A stretch of 63,210 bases of DNA, counting the filler, from an uncultured Methanospirillum sp. (lineage in GTDB: Archaea; Halobacteriota; Methanomicrobia; Methanomicrobiales; Methanospirillaceae): NCBI GenBank assembly GCA_964637135.1. It is 3 parts of 3 records of this genome, joined end to end, with 100 filler letters (N's around TTAATTAATTAA, not from the genome) between each part and the next. Parts side by side here need not be neighbours in the genome. Positions count along the whole stretch, not along the records: positions 1 to 27,911 come from CAZWTX010000034.1; 2 more parts are not named here. One strand, written 5' to 3'. The notes beneath the pieces were generated by a model. That model did no database searches and was not told where the DNA came from. It saw only the letters and a program-made list of their open reading frames with translations. Positions 11,005-20,520 of the stretch are shown here, piece by piece (position 1 is the stretch's first letter; every line of letters begins with the position of its first letter). Both the position numbers and the translations under genes were made by a program.

Positions 11005-11006
11005 GG

Positions 11007-11297
11007 TCAGTCGCCCTGGATCGGGCTGAGATGGTACGGGATGAGACCCATATGGATGTGATCGATATACCTTGCCTGGTATACAGAGATGAATATCGTG
11101 TGTTCACCTGCCTTCAGGGCGATATCGTTTGGCTTTGCCGGTTTGTACGAGACGGGAAGAAGAACGGGGCCGCCACAAGAGGTGGAGATACGGAAATCGG
11201 AATGTCGCTTATTGATATAGGCGATCACCTCGTCATCGATGAAGACGGAATGGGATGATCCCGGTTCATCGCATGATCCGGCGTAAAAATCAGACAT
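11007..11297 (-). CDS. hypothetical protein (TSCGGP motif, possibly HesB/IscA-like fold)
   Basis: Tightly packed with archease (2-bp gap), plausible composition. Confidence 0.65.
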   Translation of the reverse strand: MSDFYAGSCDEPGSSHSVFIDDEVIAYINKRHSDFRISTSCGGPVLLPVSYKPAKPNDIALKAGEHTIFISVYQARYIDHIHMGLIPYHLSPIQGD

Positions 11298-11342
11298 CCC
11301 TGACTGGTTTGCTGCCTGAGAAAAAAGGTTTACTGGTGGAAA

Positions 11343-11654
11343 TCAGGATGTAAGGAGCCTTCTTACCGTGGCAAGATCCCGTTCCCGCAGACGGTATCTG
11401 CGGCATCCTTTCTCTCCATCCCGGGTTGCCTGGAGGATCCCGATCCGGGAAGAGATGATCCCTACCATCCCGCCGACCGAGTGGTAACTCGTTTCAAACC
11501 GGAGGGCAAGATGCTGGTGAATGTCGTCGATGGTCAGATCGGTGCGGCGGAGGAGTATCATGAGGATGGCTCTGCGCACCCCCTCCCGGTCCCCGTCAAG
11601 CCAGGACTTCAGGCGGGTGAAAACAATCTGATCCCGCTCCACTGAACGTGTCAT
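11343..11654 (-). CDS. DUF2551-like winged-helix protein
   Basis: DREGVRR and SYHSVGGMVGIISSRIGIL resemble this methanogen family. Confidence 0.65.
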   Translation of the reverse strand: MTRSVERDQIVFTRLKSWLDGDREGVRRAILMILLRRTDLTIDDIHQHLALRFETSYHSVGGMVGIISSRIGILQATRDGEKGCRRYRLRERDLATVRRLLTS

Positions 11655-11777
11655 ATCAGCTCGTTTCAGGCTGAAGGATCATAAGGTTTCTGAGTAAAAA
11701 CAGCGCCTGATTCAGGGGATATCTTCTTTGCGCGGGATGATGGTTTAATGTCCCTGACGCGACAACCTAAGGGATGT

Positions 11778-12656
11778 ATGGCCTTTTTCAAATACAATAT
11801 CAGCTCCATCTCACCGGTGAAGCTCTGCATTATCCCCATGATACTGCTGATGCTGTCGCTTGGTTCTCTCGGACTGACCTACATTGAGACCGGGCTTCCC
11901 ATCCAACCCGGCATTGATTTCAAGGGGGGAATCGCGGTATCCATGATCAGCAGCCAGACTGCTGATGAGATAAAAGCCTCATTTTCCGATTATCCCCTCA
12001 TCACCGTCGAGGAAGGGATCAATAACGGGTATTACCTCAAGTTCGAACCGATGGATGACAGCCAGGTTCTGACCCTCACGAAGAAGATAGAGGATGAGTA
12101 TCCGGATGCAAAGATCGACCAGATCGGATCCTCCTTTGGAGAGACCCTCCAGGAACAGGCAGAAATGGCTTTGATATTCTCCTTCATCGGGATGGCAATT
12201 GTCATCTTCCTGATCTTCCGTACCTTTGTTCCGGCTGCAGCGATTGTCATCTCCGCGTTTGCCGATATGGCGATGGCAGGTGCAGCAATGAATCTCCTCG
12301 GGATACAACTCTCCCTCGGAACGACGGCAGCCCTCCTCATGCTCATCGGGTACTCGGTGGACAGCGATATCCTCCTTACCTCACGGGTACTCAAGCGGAA
12401 AGGGAAATTCGACGAGAAGATCGAGGGAGCATTCCAGACCGGGTTTATCATGACCACGACCACCTTCGGGGCCATCTTCGGGATGTGGGTGATAGCATGG
12501 CTTGGAGGCATCCAGATCATCTGGGAGATCGCAACCGTTCTTCTCATCGGGCTCTTCTTTGATGTCCTGAACACCTGGCTCACGAATGCCGGGATCCTGA
12601 AGTGGTACATGACCGAAGGAAAGGGCCGGATTTCAACCAGCCTGCGGGGTGCATAA
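11778..12656 (+). CDS. secF: protein translocase subunit SecF
   Basis: GIDFKGG, LMLIGYSVDSDILL, six TM segments. Start ATG 11778. Confidence 0.93.
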   Translation: MAFFKYNISSISPVKLCIIPMILLMLSLGSLGLTYIETGLPIQPGIDFKGGIAVSMISSQTADEIKASFSDYPLITVEEGINNGYYLKFEPMDDSQVLTLTKKIEDEYPDAKIDQIGSSFGETLQEQAEMALIFSFIGMAIVIFLIFRTFVPAAAIVISAFADMAMAGAAMNLLGIQLSLGTTAALLMLIGYSVDSDILLTSRVLKRKGKFDEKIEGAFQTGFIMTTTTFGAIFGMWVIAWLGGIQIIWEIATVLLIGLFFDVLNTWLTNAGILKWYMTEGKGRISTSLRGA

Positions 12657-14110
12657 TGGATAAGGCAACACTCATTGAGACGATCAAGGATTACCGGGTG
12701 GCGCTCTACCTGATCCTCCTGGTCGCCTCGATCATCATCATCTTCCCCCATCCGACGGCTGACGGTCTCGGGACCAACCTCCAGTTCGGACTTGATCTAG
12801 AGGGAGGATCCTGGATCCAGCTTGAGTTCCAGTCTGCAATCGTGACCTTTGAAAGCGGAATGCCGGTTGATAAGTTGATATCCAATCTCTCGACGAAACT
12901 GGATGCCGATGTCACTCTTGTCGGCCAGAATCAGATGGAGATCAGGAAAGGGATCAGCCAGGATGAACTGGCAGCCATCCTGAAAGACATGGATACCGAG
13001 ATCGTTGCGTTCCACCCCGGGGTCACCAAGGATACCGCCGAGGATGTGAAGCGGATCATCGAGAACAAGGTGAACAGTCTCGGCACCCGTGATGCGAAGG
13101 TTTACGTCATCACCGGGGTGAACGGGGTCTCGCGGTACATCAGACTTGAAATGGCCGGCGTCTCCATGAGCGAGGCGAAGGAGATCGTTGGGAAACAGGG
13201 GAAGTTTGAGATCCGGATCCAGACCGCCGGTAACGAGAGCGAGCATGTCCTCTACGGGGATGCAATCGAATCGGTATCAAATCCTGAACAGAGCCCGCCG
13301 AACAGCAATAACTGGGGTGTTCCCTTCGTGCTCTCACAAGAAGGAGGCGACCTCTTCAGGGAGGCTGCTATCAAGTACGGTGCCACCCGGGATCCGGATG
13401 CCCACCCCCTCGCAATGATCCTGGACGGGGAAGTCGTTTACAACGCAGGACTCTCTCCTGATCTTGCAGGCGAACTGCAGTCCCACCCGACAACCAGCCT
13501 GAGTGCAAATACGGGGTACGGCCAGGAAGCAATGGAACAGGCCAAGATCCTTGAGATTCACCTCCGGAACGGTGCCCTGCCGGTTGATGTCAAGGTAGCC
13601 GGTTCCGGTTCGGTCTCCCCCGAGCTTGGTGACCAGTTCAAGTTCTGGTGTGTGATTGCCGGTATCTTCGCCCTGATCATGGTTGCAATCAGCGTCTTTG
13701 TCAGGTACCATGAACCAGGCATCGTGCTGCCGATGGTCATGATCAATGCCTCTGAAGTGATCATCCTCCTCGCATTCACGACCTTCTTCCTCCAGCTGGA
13801 CCTTGCGACCATAGCCGGTCTGATAGCCGTGCTTGGTACTGGTATCGACCAGCTCGTCATCATCACCGACGAGATTCTCCACGAAGGAAAGGTTCCCTCA
13901 CCGAATCTCTATCTGAAGCGGCTCAAGCGGGCACTTGGTATCATCGTGGCCTCGGCAGCGACGGTCCTGATCGCCATGCTTCCGCTTGCCATCATGGACC
14001 TCTCCACCCTCCGTGGATTTGCCATCATCACCATCCTTGGTGTCCTTGTCGGAGTGGTTGTCACGAGACCTGCCTACGGCCGGATTATCATGGCAATCCT
14101 CTCCAAATAA
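12656..14110 (+). CDS. secD: protein translocase subunit SecD
   Basis: GLDLEGG, GALP, GTGIDQLVIITDE. TAATG overlap with secF. Confidence 0.93.
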   Translation: MDKATLIETIKDYRVALYLILLVASIIIIFPHPTADGLGTNLQFGLDLEGGSWIQLEFQSAIVTFESGMPVDKLISNLSTKLDADVTLVGQNQMEIRKGISQDELAAILKDMDTEIVAFHPGVTKDTAEDVKRIIENKVNSLGTRDAKVYVITGVNGVSRYIRLEMAGVSMSEAKEIVGKQGKFEIRIQTAGNESEHVLYGDAIESVSNPEQSPPNSNNWGVPFVLSQEGGDLFREAAIKYGATRDPDAHPLAMILDGEVVYNAGLSPDLAGELQSHPTTSLSANTGYGQEAMEQAKILEIHLRNGALPVDVKVAGSGSVSPELGDQFKFWCVIAGIFALIMVAISVFVRYHEPGIVLPMVMINASEVIILLAFTTFFLQLDLATIAGLIAVLGTGIDQLVIITDEILHEGKVPSPNLYLKRLKRALGIIVASAATVLIAMLPLAIMDLSTLRGFAIITILGVLVGVVVTRPAYGRIIMAILSK

Positions 14111-14164
14111 TCGATACCATACTTTTATCTGTTTTTTTGACGCATTTCTGCTCAGGTAATCATC

Positions 14165-14437
14165 ATGGGAAAGCCTGTGGTAATGGATTTTTTCGCCGAG
14201 TGGTGTGGTCCCTGTAAGAGGATGGGCCCGATTCTGGAGGAACTTGCACGCCGGATGGGTGACAGCGTTGAGATCAGGAAGATCGATGTCGATGAGAACC
14301 TGGCCGAAGCCCAGAAATATCATCTTTCCGTGGTCCCGACGATCATCATCGAGAAGGATGGTGTGGTGATCCAGAAATTCCAGGGAGTAACCGATGCGGA
14401 TACCCTGGAATCAGTGCTCAGACCCCTGGTGGCATAA
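14165..14437 (+). CDS. trxA: thioredoxin
   Basis: DFFAEWCGPCK and VVPT cis-Pro motif. Confidence 0.93.
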   Translation: MGKPVVMDFFAEWCGPCKRMGPILEELARRMGDSVEIRKIDVDENLAEAQKYHLSVVPTIIIEKDGVVIQKFQGVTDADTLESVLRPLVA

Positions 14438-14438
14438 C

Positions 14439-15089
14439 GTGCGTATCGGGATAGTTGGTGGGACCGGAGAGATCGGGGAAGGGATGGCCCTCCGGTTCTC
14501 AAAGAAGTTTGAGGTTCTGGTCGGTTCCCGCGACCAGGAGAAGGCAGAAGAGACCTGTACCTTCTGCCGGAATATCATGACTGAAAAGGGAGAGTCCTTC
14601 TCTCTGTGCGGGGTTACGAATCAGGAGGCGGTGGATGGTGCCGATGTTATCATCCTTGCGATCCCGTTCAAACACCTCGAATCAACGGTCCGTGGTCTTT
14701 CCGGGCTTGAAGAGAAGATCCTCATCAGCCCGGTCAACCCGATGGATCGGAAGGATTCGTTCGTGTACGTCCCCCCAAAGGAGGGTTCAGCAGCAATGAT
14801 GCTCAAAACCCTCGTTCCCGAATCGGCAAGAATATGCACGGCTTTCAACAATATTGCCGGTAACCGGTGGCGGGCAGTGGACGAGGAACTCGAATACTCG
14901 GTCCCGATCTGCGGGGACGACGCCGAAGCAAAGCAGGTCGTGATGGATATCGTGAACCGGATCTCGAGCCTGAAAGCGTATGATGCAGGACCGCTCAGCG
15001 GTTCCCATATCGTCGAGAGTATCACCCCGCTTCTCCTGAACATCGCCCGGTTTAATCATATGCGGGATGTCGGCATCAGGTTCATCTGA
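14439..15089 (+). CDS. npdG: NADPH-dependent F420 reductase (F420H2:NADP+ oxidoreductase)
   Basis: IGIVGGTGEIGEG, VGSRDQEKA, ISPVNP, AFNNI, DAGPL, VESITPLL. GTG start 14439. Confidence 0.9.
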   Translation: MRIGIVGGTGEIGEGMALRFSKKFEVLVGSRDQEKAEETCTFCRNIMTEKGESFSLCGVTNQEAVDGADVIILAIPFKHLESTVRGLSGLEEKILISPVNPMDRKDSFVYVPPKEGSAAMMLKTLVPESARICTAFNNIAGNRWRAVDEELEYSVPICGDDAEAKQVVMDIVNRISSLKAYDAGPLSGSHIVESITPLLLNIARFNHMRDVGIRFI

Positions 15090-15097
15090 GGGTCGGG

Positions 15098-15643
15098 ATG
15101 GTAGCCGCAGAGTTTGAACGTATCGGAAAGAGGCTCTTTGCCGAGCATCTGGTCGGGGGGAACTTCGGAAACATGAGTATCCGTCTTGGTGATACCGATG
15201 AGTTTGCGATAACCCGGACCGGGTCGTTTCTGGATCTTCCCGGAACCCCGGTCCCGGTACCGCTGACCGGCGAGGTACCCGAGGGGGCGTCAAGCGAATG
15301 GCGTGTTCACCGGGCGGTGTACCTCCAGACCAGGCACCGGGCGATTGTCCATGCCCACCCCCCGTTTGCGGTTGCCGCCTCCCTCACGCACGATGAGATC
15401 ACGCCTCTCGACAGTGAGGGACAGATGTTCTGTCCGACGATCCCGGTGGCTATAGGAGAACCCGGTACCAGGGAACTAGCCGATGACGTGGCCGACTGCC
15501 TGGCCCTGACCGGGCTGTGCATTGCCCGTGGCCACGGTACCTTTGCAGCCGGAAAGACCCTTGAACAGGCATATCTCTACACGTCACTAGCAGAACATGC
15601 CTGCCGGGTACTTGCCGGTGTACAGCTCTTCAGGATGGTGTGA
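15098..15643 (+). CDS. class II aldolase/adducin (FucA-like)
   Basis: GNMSIR, ASSEWRVH, IVHAHP, RGHG zinc-binding motifs. Confidence 0.88.
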   Translation: MVAAEFERIGKRLFAEHLVGGNFGNMSIRLGDTDEFAITRTGSFLDLPGTPVPVPLTGEVPEGASSEWRVHRAVYLQTRHRAIVHAHPPFAVAASLTHDEITPLDSEGQMFCPTIPVAIGEPGTRELADDVADCLALTGLCIARGHGTFAAGKTLEQAYLYTSLAEHACRVLAGVQLFRMV

Positions 15644-15644
15644 G

Positions 15645-15995
15645 ATGAATCTGAATGAAAAGATAGCATCCCTCCCCCCCGAGGCGAGGGATGAAGTGGA
15701 GCTCTTTGTTGATTACCTGATCTCCCGTCTCGGTGCCGGTCAGGTCTCCCCCCCGGGATATGCTGATATCCCCGCTCCTGAACCGGCTTCCTTCTCCCCG
15801 CCGGTGCAGCGATCCCCGATCCCGGGAAAATACGACTCCTCCGGAATACTTCTTGCAGAGGAGCGGATCTCAAAGAAAGAAAACGGATTTGAAACGATCG
15901 ATTTTGCCGATATCAACACCCGGTTCGCACCCCCGGAACAGCCGGAAAAGGATGTTCCCACGAAACGACAGGCCCGGATGTTTGACTGGCTCTGA
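15645..15995 (+). CDS. hypothetical protein (DUF2281-like N-terminus, Pro-rich linker)
   Basis: LPPEARDEVELFVDYL; ATG immediately after the aldolase stop. Confidence 0.65.
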   Translation: MNLNEKIASLPPEARDEVELFVDYLISRLGAGQVSPPGYADIPAPEPASFSPPVQRSPIPGKYDSSGILLAEERISKKENGFETIDFADINTRFAPPEQPEKDVPTKRQARMFDWL

Positions 15996-16006
15996 TCCTC
16001 CGGGGA

Positions 16007-16627
16007 TCAGACCACCCGTGATGTCGTCGAGAGTTCTATCCCCTTGTCGGTTATGATGAACGGAAGAACCCGCCCGGGTGGCGGCGATCCGGTTATTTTT
16101 TTTACGTCGAGGGTGTGTATCACCTCATTCCCATGAACCTGGTCGGTGAGGGCAATGACGATCTCGAACTGTCTGATGATCCGAATCTCATCGTAGATCG
16201 GATGCAGCCCCGGGTATACCGTGCAGAACAGGTGGTCGGTTCCTGTTCTGATTGCCATACATGCTTCCCTGAGGAGGGGAAGGATCTTCTCGAGACCGTG
16301 CATGATGATGAGACTTGACAGCGAGTCGATGATGACCCCGCCGGTCGAACACCCGGAGAAGATTCGCTCGGGGGATACCTGCGTTCCCTCAATCATCCCT
16401 TCCTGAGGTCTGCCGTCGATCATCACGTACTGCCTGTTCTCAGGAGCAGTTCCCCAGAACTGTTGTGCAAACCGGTCAGTCCCCGAGGTTGCCGATCCGA
16501 TGACCAGAATCGGTGTTCCCGGGAGAAATCCCCCGTCAAGTGCAAGATCAAGCCCGTTGATCCCGGTCGGGGTTCTTTTCTTCCTCCCTCCGCCAGGATG
16601 TTCATTCCGTTTTTCTTCCGTCCCAAT
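16007..16627 (-). CDS. KaiC/RAD55-family ATPase-like protein with degenerate Walker A; no canonical start for the full domain
   Basis: The frame of ORF 16007..16426 stays open up to 16636 and encodes KRTPTGINGLDLALDGGFLPGTPILVIGSATSGTDRF, then IIDSLS and PFIITDKGIELSTTSRVV. Confidence 0.75.
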   Translation of the reverse strand: MGTEEKRNEHPGGGRKKRTPTGINGLDLALDGGFLPGTPILVIGSATSGTDRFAQQFWGTAPENRQYVMIDGRPQEGMIEGTQVSPERIFSGCSTGGVIIDSLSSLIIMHGLEKILPLLREACMAIRTGTDHLFCTVYPGLHPIYDEIRIIRQFEIVIALTDQVHGNEVIHTLDVKKITGSPPPGRVLPFIITDKGIELSTTSRVV

Positions 16628-16782
16628 TCCCCCAGACTATCGTAAAACCGGTCTTCACGAGTTAGGTATCATTATATTGGAGTTCTGGTAATTAGATATT
16701 ATACCAGTGACCGGGGGGTTGAAACTGGCAGAAATAGATTCGACCGGGGGAACCCGTAGTTTCTGAAATAATCCGGTGATCT

Positions 16783-18591
16783 ATGAAGATTCGTATCAGG
16801 ACGCCAGGCAATACCGTACCTATCGTACTGCGAAAACCGGTACCGTCAGGTATTTCGGACGGGCCTGAACCGCATAAGAAAGCGGATACCCGGGAGGATG
16901 CTCCTTCTGCCCCGAAGATTATCCGGTTAGCGAGGCCGGTACCTGAACCCCGTGCGGATGATGGCGCCGGTATTGAAGAGACCCTTCCAGAAAAAAAGTC
17001 CGGGTTTCTTGATAAAATAAAGACGCTCAATCCGCTTGCTGTAAAACGGGAGAAGTACGATCCAAATATCCATGGAATAATGGTGGATACCACCTTCGCA
17101 GCTCCCGCCGGTGTGGAAGAGATCGAATTATATCCGGTGAATCCTCCGTTTGCGTATGTCAGGATCACCTACAACTATGCCACCCATGAGTACCTGTACG
17201 AGGTAGTCGAACCCTCCTACACCGATGCAGAAAACCATCTCCTCGAGGAGATCAAGAAAGGGATTTTTGAGCGGGTGAACGTGAATACACGTCAGATATC
17301 CCGTGAATCAGCTGCAGACGTCCTGATCAGTATGATGGATGAGGTACTTGCTGATTATGCCATCAGCCTTGATCCCCTCACCTATGAGAAGGTCCATTAC
17401 CAGTTAAACAAGGATTTCCTCGGCGACGGACTCGTGGATGGCATCATGCATGACCGGTTCATCGAGGATATCTCCTGCGACGGAGTAGACCGGCCGATCT
17501 TCGTGTACCATTCCCGGTATGAGTCGATGGAGACGAACCTTGTCTATGTCAAGGCACACGATCTCGACACGTTCGTAACCAAGCTAGCCCAGCGGGCGGG
17601 TAAACATATCTCGGTCGCGGAACCGATGCTTGATGCCACCATGCAGGACGGATCCCGTATACAGATGACCCTCGGGAGCGAGGTTACTGCCCATGGGTCC
17701 ACGTTCACCATCAGGAAATTCAAGGATGAGCCGATCACCCCGACCGATCTCATCGAATGGGGTACCTTCTCGCCGCTCTCGATCGCGTTTCTCTGGCTGG
17801 CGGTCGAGAATGGGAAATCATGCATCTTTGCAGGGGGAACGGCATCCGGAAAGACCACATCTCTGAACGCGATCTCTCTCTTCATCCCCCCGCTTGCGAA
17901 GATCGTGACGCTTGAGGACACGCGGGAACTGAAACTTCCCCACCTGAACTGGATTCCGAGCATCACGAGGGAATCCTTCGACATCGCCGGAAAAGGGGAG
18001 ATCGACATGTACGAACTTCTCAAGGCTGCCCTCAGGCAGCGTCCCGAGTACCTGATCGTCGGTGAGGTCAGGGGCAAGGAGGCGTTAACCCTTTTCCAGG
18101 CGATGAGCACCGGCCATGTCACGTATTCGACCATGCATGCCGATTCGGTGGCATCGGCTGTGCACCGTCTTGAGAATCCACCGATATCGGTTCCGAGAAA
18201 CATGCTATCTGCCCTTGACCTCGTCTGCGTGCAGGTCCAGGCCAGGGTCGGCGGACAGCGGATCCGCCGCAATAAACAGATCATCGAGGTGCTTGACATC
18301 GATCCGCGGACGAACGAGTTGATCACGAACGAGGTCTTCAGGTGGCGCCAGGCATCGGATGAGATATCCTACTCAGGGAAATCCTATGTCCTCGAGGAGA
18401 TCATGGAAGCCCATGGCTGGGATGAAGAGAGAATCCGCCGGGATCTCCTCCAGCGGCAGGAGGTGCTCGAGTGGATGCGACAGCGGGAGATCCGTGATTA
18501 CCAGGAAGTCAGCAAGATCGTCGTCTCGTATTTCCGTGATGCCGAGTCCCTGATGGAACAGATCCGGTCTGGTACCTATGAATTCATATGA
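16783..18591 (+). CDS. type IV pilus assembly ATPase (PilB/FlaI family)
   Basis: EDISCDG, FTIRKF, GGTASGKT, LRQRPEYLIVGEVRG, TGHVTYSTMHA. Confidence 0.93.
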   Translation: MKIRIRTPGNTVPIVLRKPVPSGISDGPEPHKKADTREDAPSAPKIIRLARPVPEPRADDGAGIEETLPEKKSGFLDKIKTLNPLAVKREKYDPNIHGIMVDTTFAAPAGVEEIELYPVNPPFAYVRITYNYATHEYLYEVVEPSYTDAENHLLEEIKKGIFERVNVNTRQISRESAADVLISMMDEVLADYAISLDPLTYEKVHYQLNKDFLGDGLVDGIMHDRFIEDISCDGVDRPIFVYHSRYESMETNLVYVKAHDLDTFVTKLAQRAGKHISVAEPMLDATMQDGSRIQMTLGSEVTAHGSTFTIRKFKDEPITPTDLIEWGTFSPLSIAFLWLAVENGKSCIFAGGTASGKTTSLNAISLFIPPLAKIVTLEDTRELKLPHLNWIPSITRESFDIAGKGEIDMYELLKAALRQRPEYLIVGEVRGKEALTLFQAMSTGHVTYSTMHADSVASAVHRLENPPISVPRNMLSALDLVCVQVQARVGGQRIRRNKQIIEVLDIDPRTNELITNEVFRWRQASDEISYSGKSYVLEEIMEAHGWDEERIRRDLLQRQEVLEWMRQREIRDYQEVSKIVVSYFRDAESLMEQIRSGTYEFI

Positions 18592-19513
18592 GCGCTTCTG
18601 CTACAAACTGCTTGGCAGCAGGATGACCCCGAAACGGCAGAAGTACTATGAGCTTATCGAGAACCTCAAGTCTGCCAGGATGGGAATCACTTTTGAAGCG
18701 TACCTCGCAACGGCGATGGTCACCTCGTCCATTGTCGGCGTCATCTCCTCACTCCTGGTTGGGCTGGTCGTCTTCATCCTTGACCTCCCGCACCTGATCG
18801 TCTTCAAGGGAAACATCCCCCCCGATGTTGCTGCCCGGATTAATGAACTCTCCGGCTACTCGCTCATGGCCGGGACGATCGTCGCCGGTTTCGTCTCGTT
18901 CGTGGTTTTTGCGGCCTTTACCTACCTGGTGTACCTCATTTATCCGTCCATTATTGCCGGGAACCGGAGGCGTGACATCGATACCACCCTGCCATATGCG
19001 ATAAACTACCTGGCGGCGATGTCCACCGCCGGGATCACCCCGGCAGAGGTCTTCAGGCAGCTCGGGAACTCCACGATTTACGGTGAATCCTCGGTGGAGG
19101 CGAGGTACATCACCCTTGAGATTGATGTCTTCGGCCGGGATCTCGTTGAAGCACTGAAAAATGTGTCGAATTCCACCCCGAGCATCAGGATGCGGGACTT
19201 TCTCCAGGGTGCTGTCGGGAGCGTGGCATCGGGCAGTAATATCTCTGATTACTTCAAGACGAAGGGAGAACAGTTCATTTACGAGAACCGGCAGACCCAG
19301 AAGCAGTTTCTTGATACCCTCGCCCTGATCTCGGAGAGTTACGTGACCGCCCTCGTTGCCGGAACGCTCTTTCTCATCCTCATCCAGTCGATCATGTCCA
19401 TCCTCTCCGGCGATTCAAATCCCCTCTTCCTGTTCATCATCATTTACCTGATCATCCCGTTCGGCAGCGTCATGTTTGTCGTCCTCATCGATTCGATGAC
19501 CCCGGAGTGGTGA
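18578..19513 (+). CDS. type IV pilus platform membrane protein (PilC/TadC, T2SS F)
   Basis: IDTTLPYAINYLAAMSTAG, FGRDLVEAL, TPS, TM segments. Confidence 0.9.
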   Translation: MNSYERFCYKLLGSRMTPKRQKYYELIENLKSARMGITFEAYLATAMVTSSIVGVISSLLVGLVVFILDLPHLIVFKGNIPPDVAARINELSGYSLMAGTIVAGFVSFVVFAAFTYLVYLIYPSIIAGNRRRDIDTTLPYAINYLAAMSTAGITPAEVFRQLGNSTIYGESSVEARYITLEIDVFGRDLVEALKNVSNSTPSIRMRDFLQGAVGSVASGSNISDYFKTKGEQFIYENRQTQKQFLDTLALISESYVTALVAGTLFLILIQSIMSILSGDSNPLFLFIIIYLIIPFGSVMFVVLIDSMTPEW

Positions 19514-20520
19514 TCATGCCCCTGCTGAAGAAAAAACCGAAGATCACCGATATCTCCACAGATCCGGCAGGTGAGGAGATCGAGAAAAAGATCGGGCTCT
19601 TTCATGAATATTCTGAAGGTCCGCTTAAAATCGTGATGCATCCGCTCCGGACCCTCCTGGAAAAACCGGTTAATATCCTCTTTGCATCGGTTCCTGCCGG
19701 TCTTATCTTCTTTGTATTCGGGTTTATTACTGCCGTGCAGACCGGTGGCGGGATAGAGTCCCTGCTTACGAATAGTTTCATCGATGATGTCAGCGTGATA
19801 ACCATCGTCATCATCATCACCCCGCTTGCGTTCCAGGATCTCAGGGAAGGAAGCCGCATCAAGAGTATCGAGAATGCCCTTCCCAACTTCTTCCGCGATC
19901 TTGCCGGGATGCACGAGAGCGGGATGACCCTCCAGGGGGCCATTCATCTAGTCTCACAGAGCGAGTATGGGATGCTCACTCCCCATATCAGGCAGATGGA
20001 CCAGCGTATCTCGTGGAATTTTCCCTTCATAGAGGCGATCCGTGCCCTCGGGAAAGAGGTCCCAATCCCGCTCGTCATCAGGAGCGTCGATCTCGTTGCA
20101 CGGGCCAGCGAGGCAGGTGGTGATATCGTGGAGGTGCTCCGGGCGGCTGCAAAAGACTCGTTTGAATACGTATCGCTCAAGACCGACCGGCGGAACAACA
20201 TGTTCATCTACGTGGTCATCATTATGGCTTCGTTTGCGGTATTCCTCTTCGTCGTGATGATCCTCGTCTCCTCATTCCTCAAAACGATGGCAGATCTCGG
20301 GACCGAAACCGGAACGGGAGGGGTCGGAGGTGCCGGATTTGATCTCGGGGGATTTGACCTGGCACTCTATATCAGGGTGTTCTCACATGCGGCAATGTTC
20401 CAGGGATTCTTCTCCGGGCTTGTCGCCGGGGTTATGGGGGAGGGGAGGGTGACTGCGGGTCTGAAATATTCAGTCCTCATGCTCATCATCGCCTGGCTGA
20501 CGTTCAGGTTCGGTGCCTGA
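19507..20520 (+). CDS. second type IV pilus platform membrane protein (PilC/TadC)
   Basis: LPNFFRDLAGMHESGMTL, YGML, FFSGLVAGVMGEG. Confidence 0.9.
   Translation: MVIMPLLKKKPKITDISTDPAGEEIEKKIGLFHEYSEGPLKIVMHPLRTLLEKPVNILFASVPAGLIFFVFGFITAVQTGGGIESLLTNSFIDDVSVITIVIIITPLAFQDLREGSRIKSIENALPNFFRDLAGMHESGMTLQGAIHLVSQSEYGMLTPHIRQMDQRISWNFPFIEAIRALGKEVPIPLVIRSVDLVARASEAGGDIVEVLRAAAKDSFEYVSLKTDRRNNMFIYVVIIMASFAVFLFVVMILVSSFLKTMADLGTETGTGGVGGAGFDLGGFDLALYIRVFSHAAMFQGFFSGLVAGVMGEGRVTAGLKYSVLMLIIAWLTFRFGA

Noticed and set aside
11298..11342. BirA operator upstream of the biotin gene run
   Set aside because: Only direct GGTTT repeats are present; no TGTTAAC-N14/15-GTTAACA-type inverted repeat was found.
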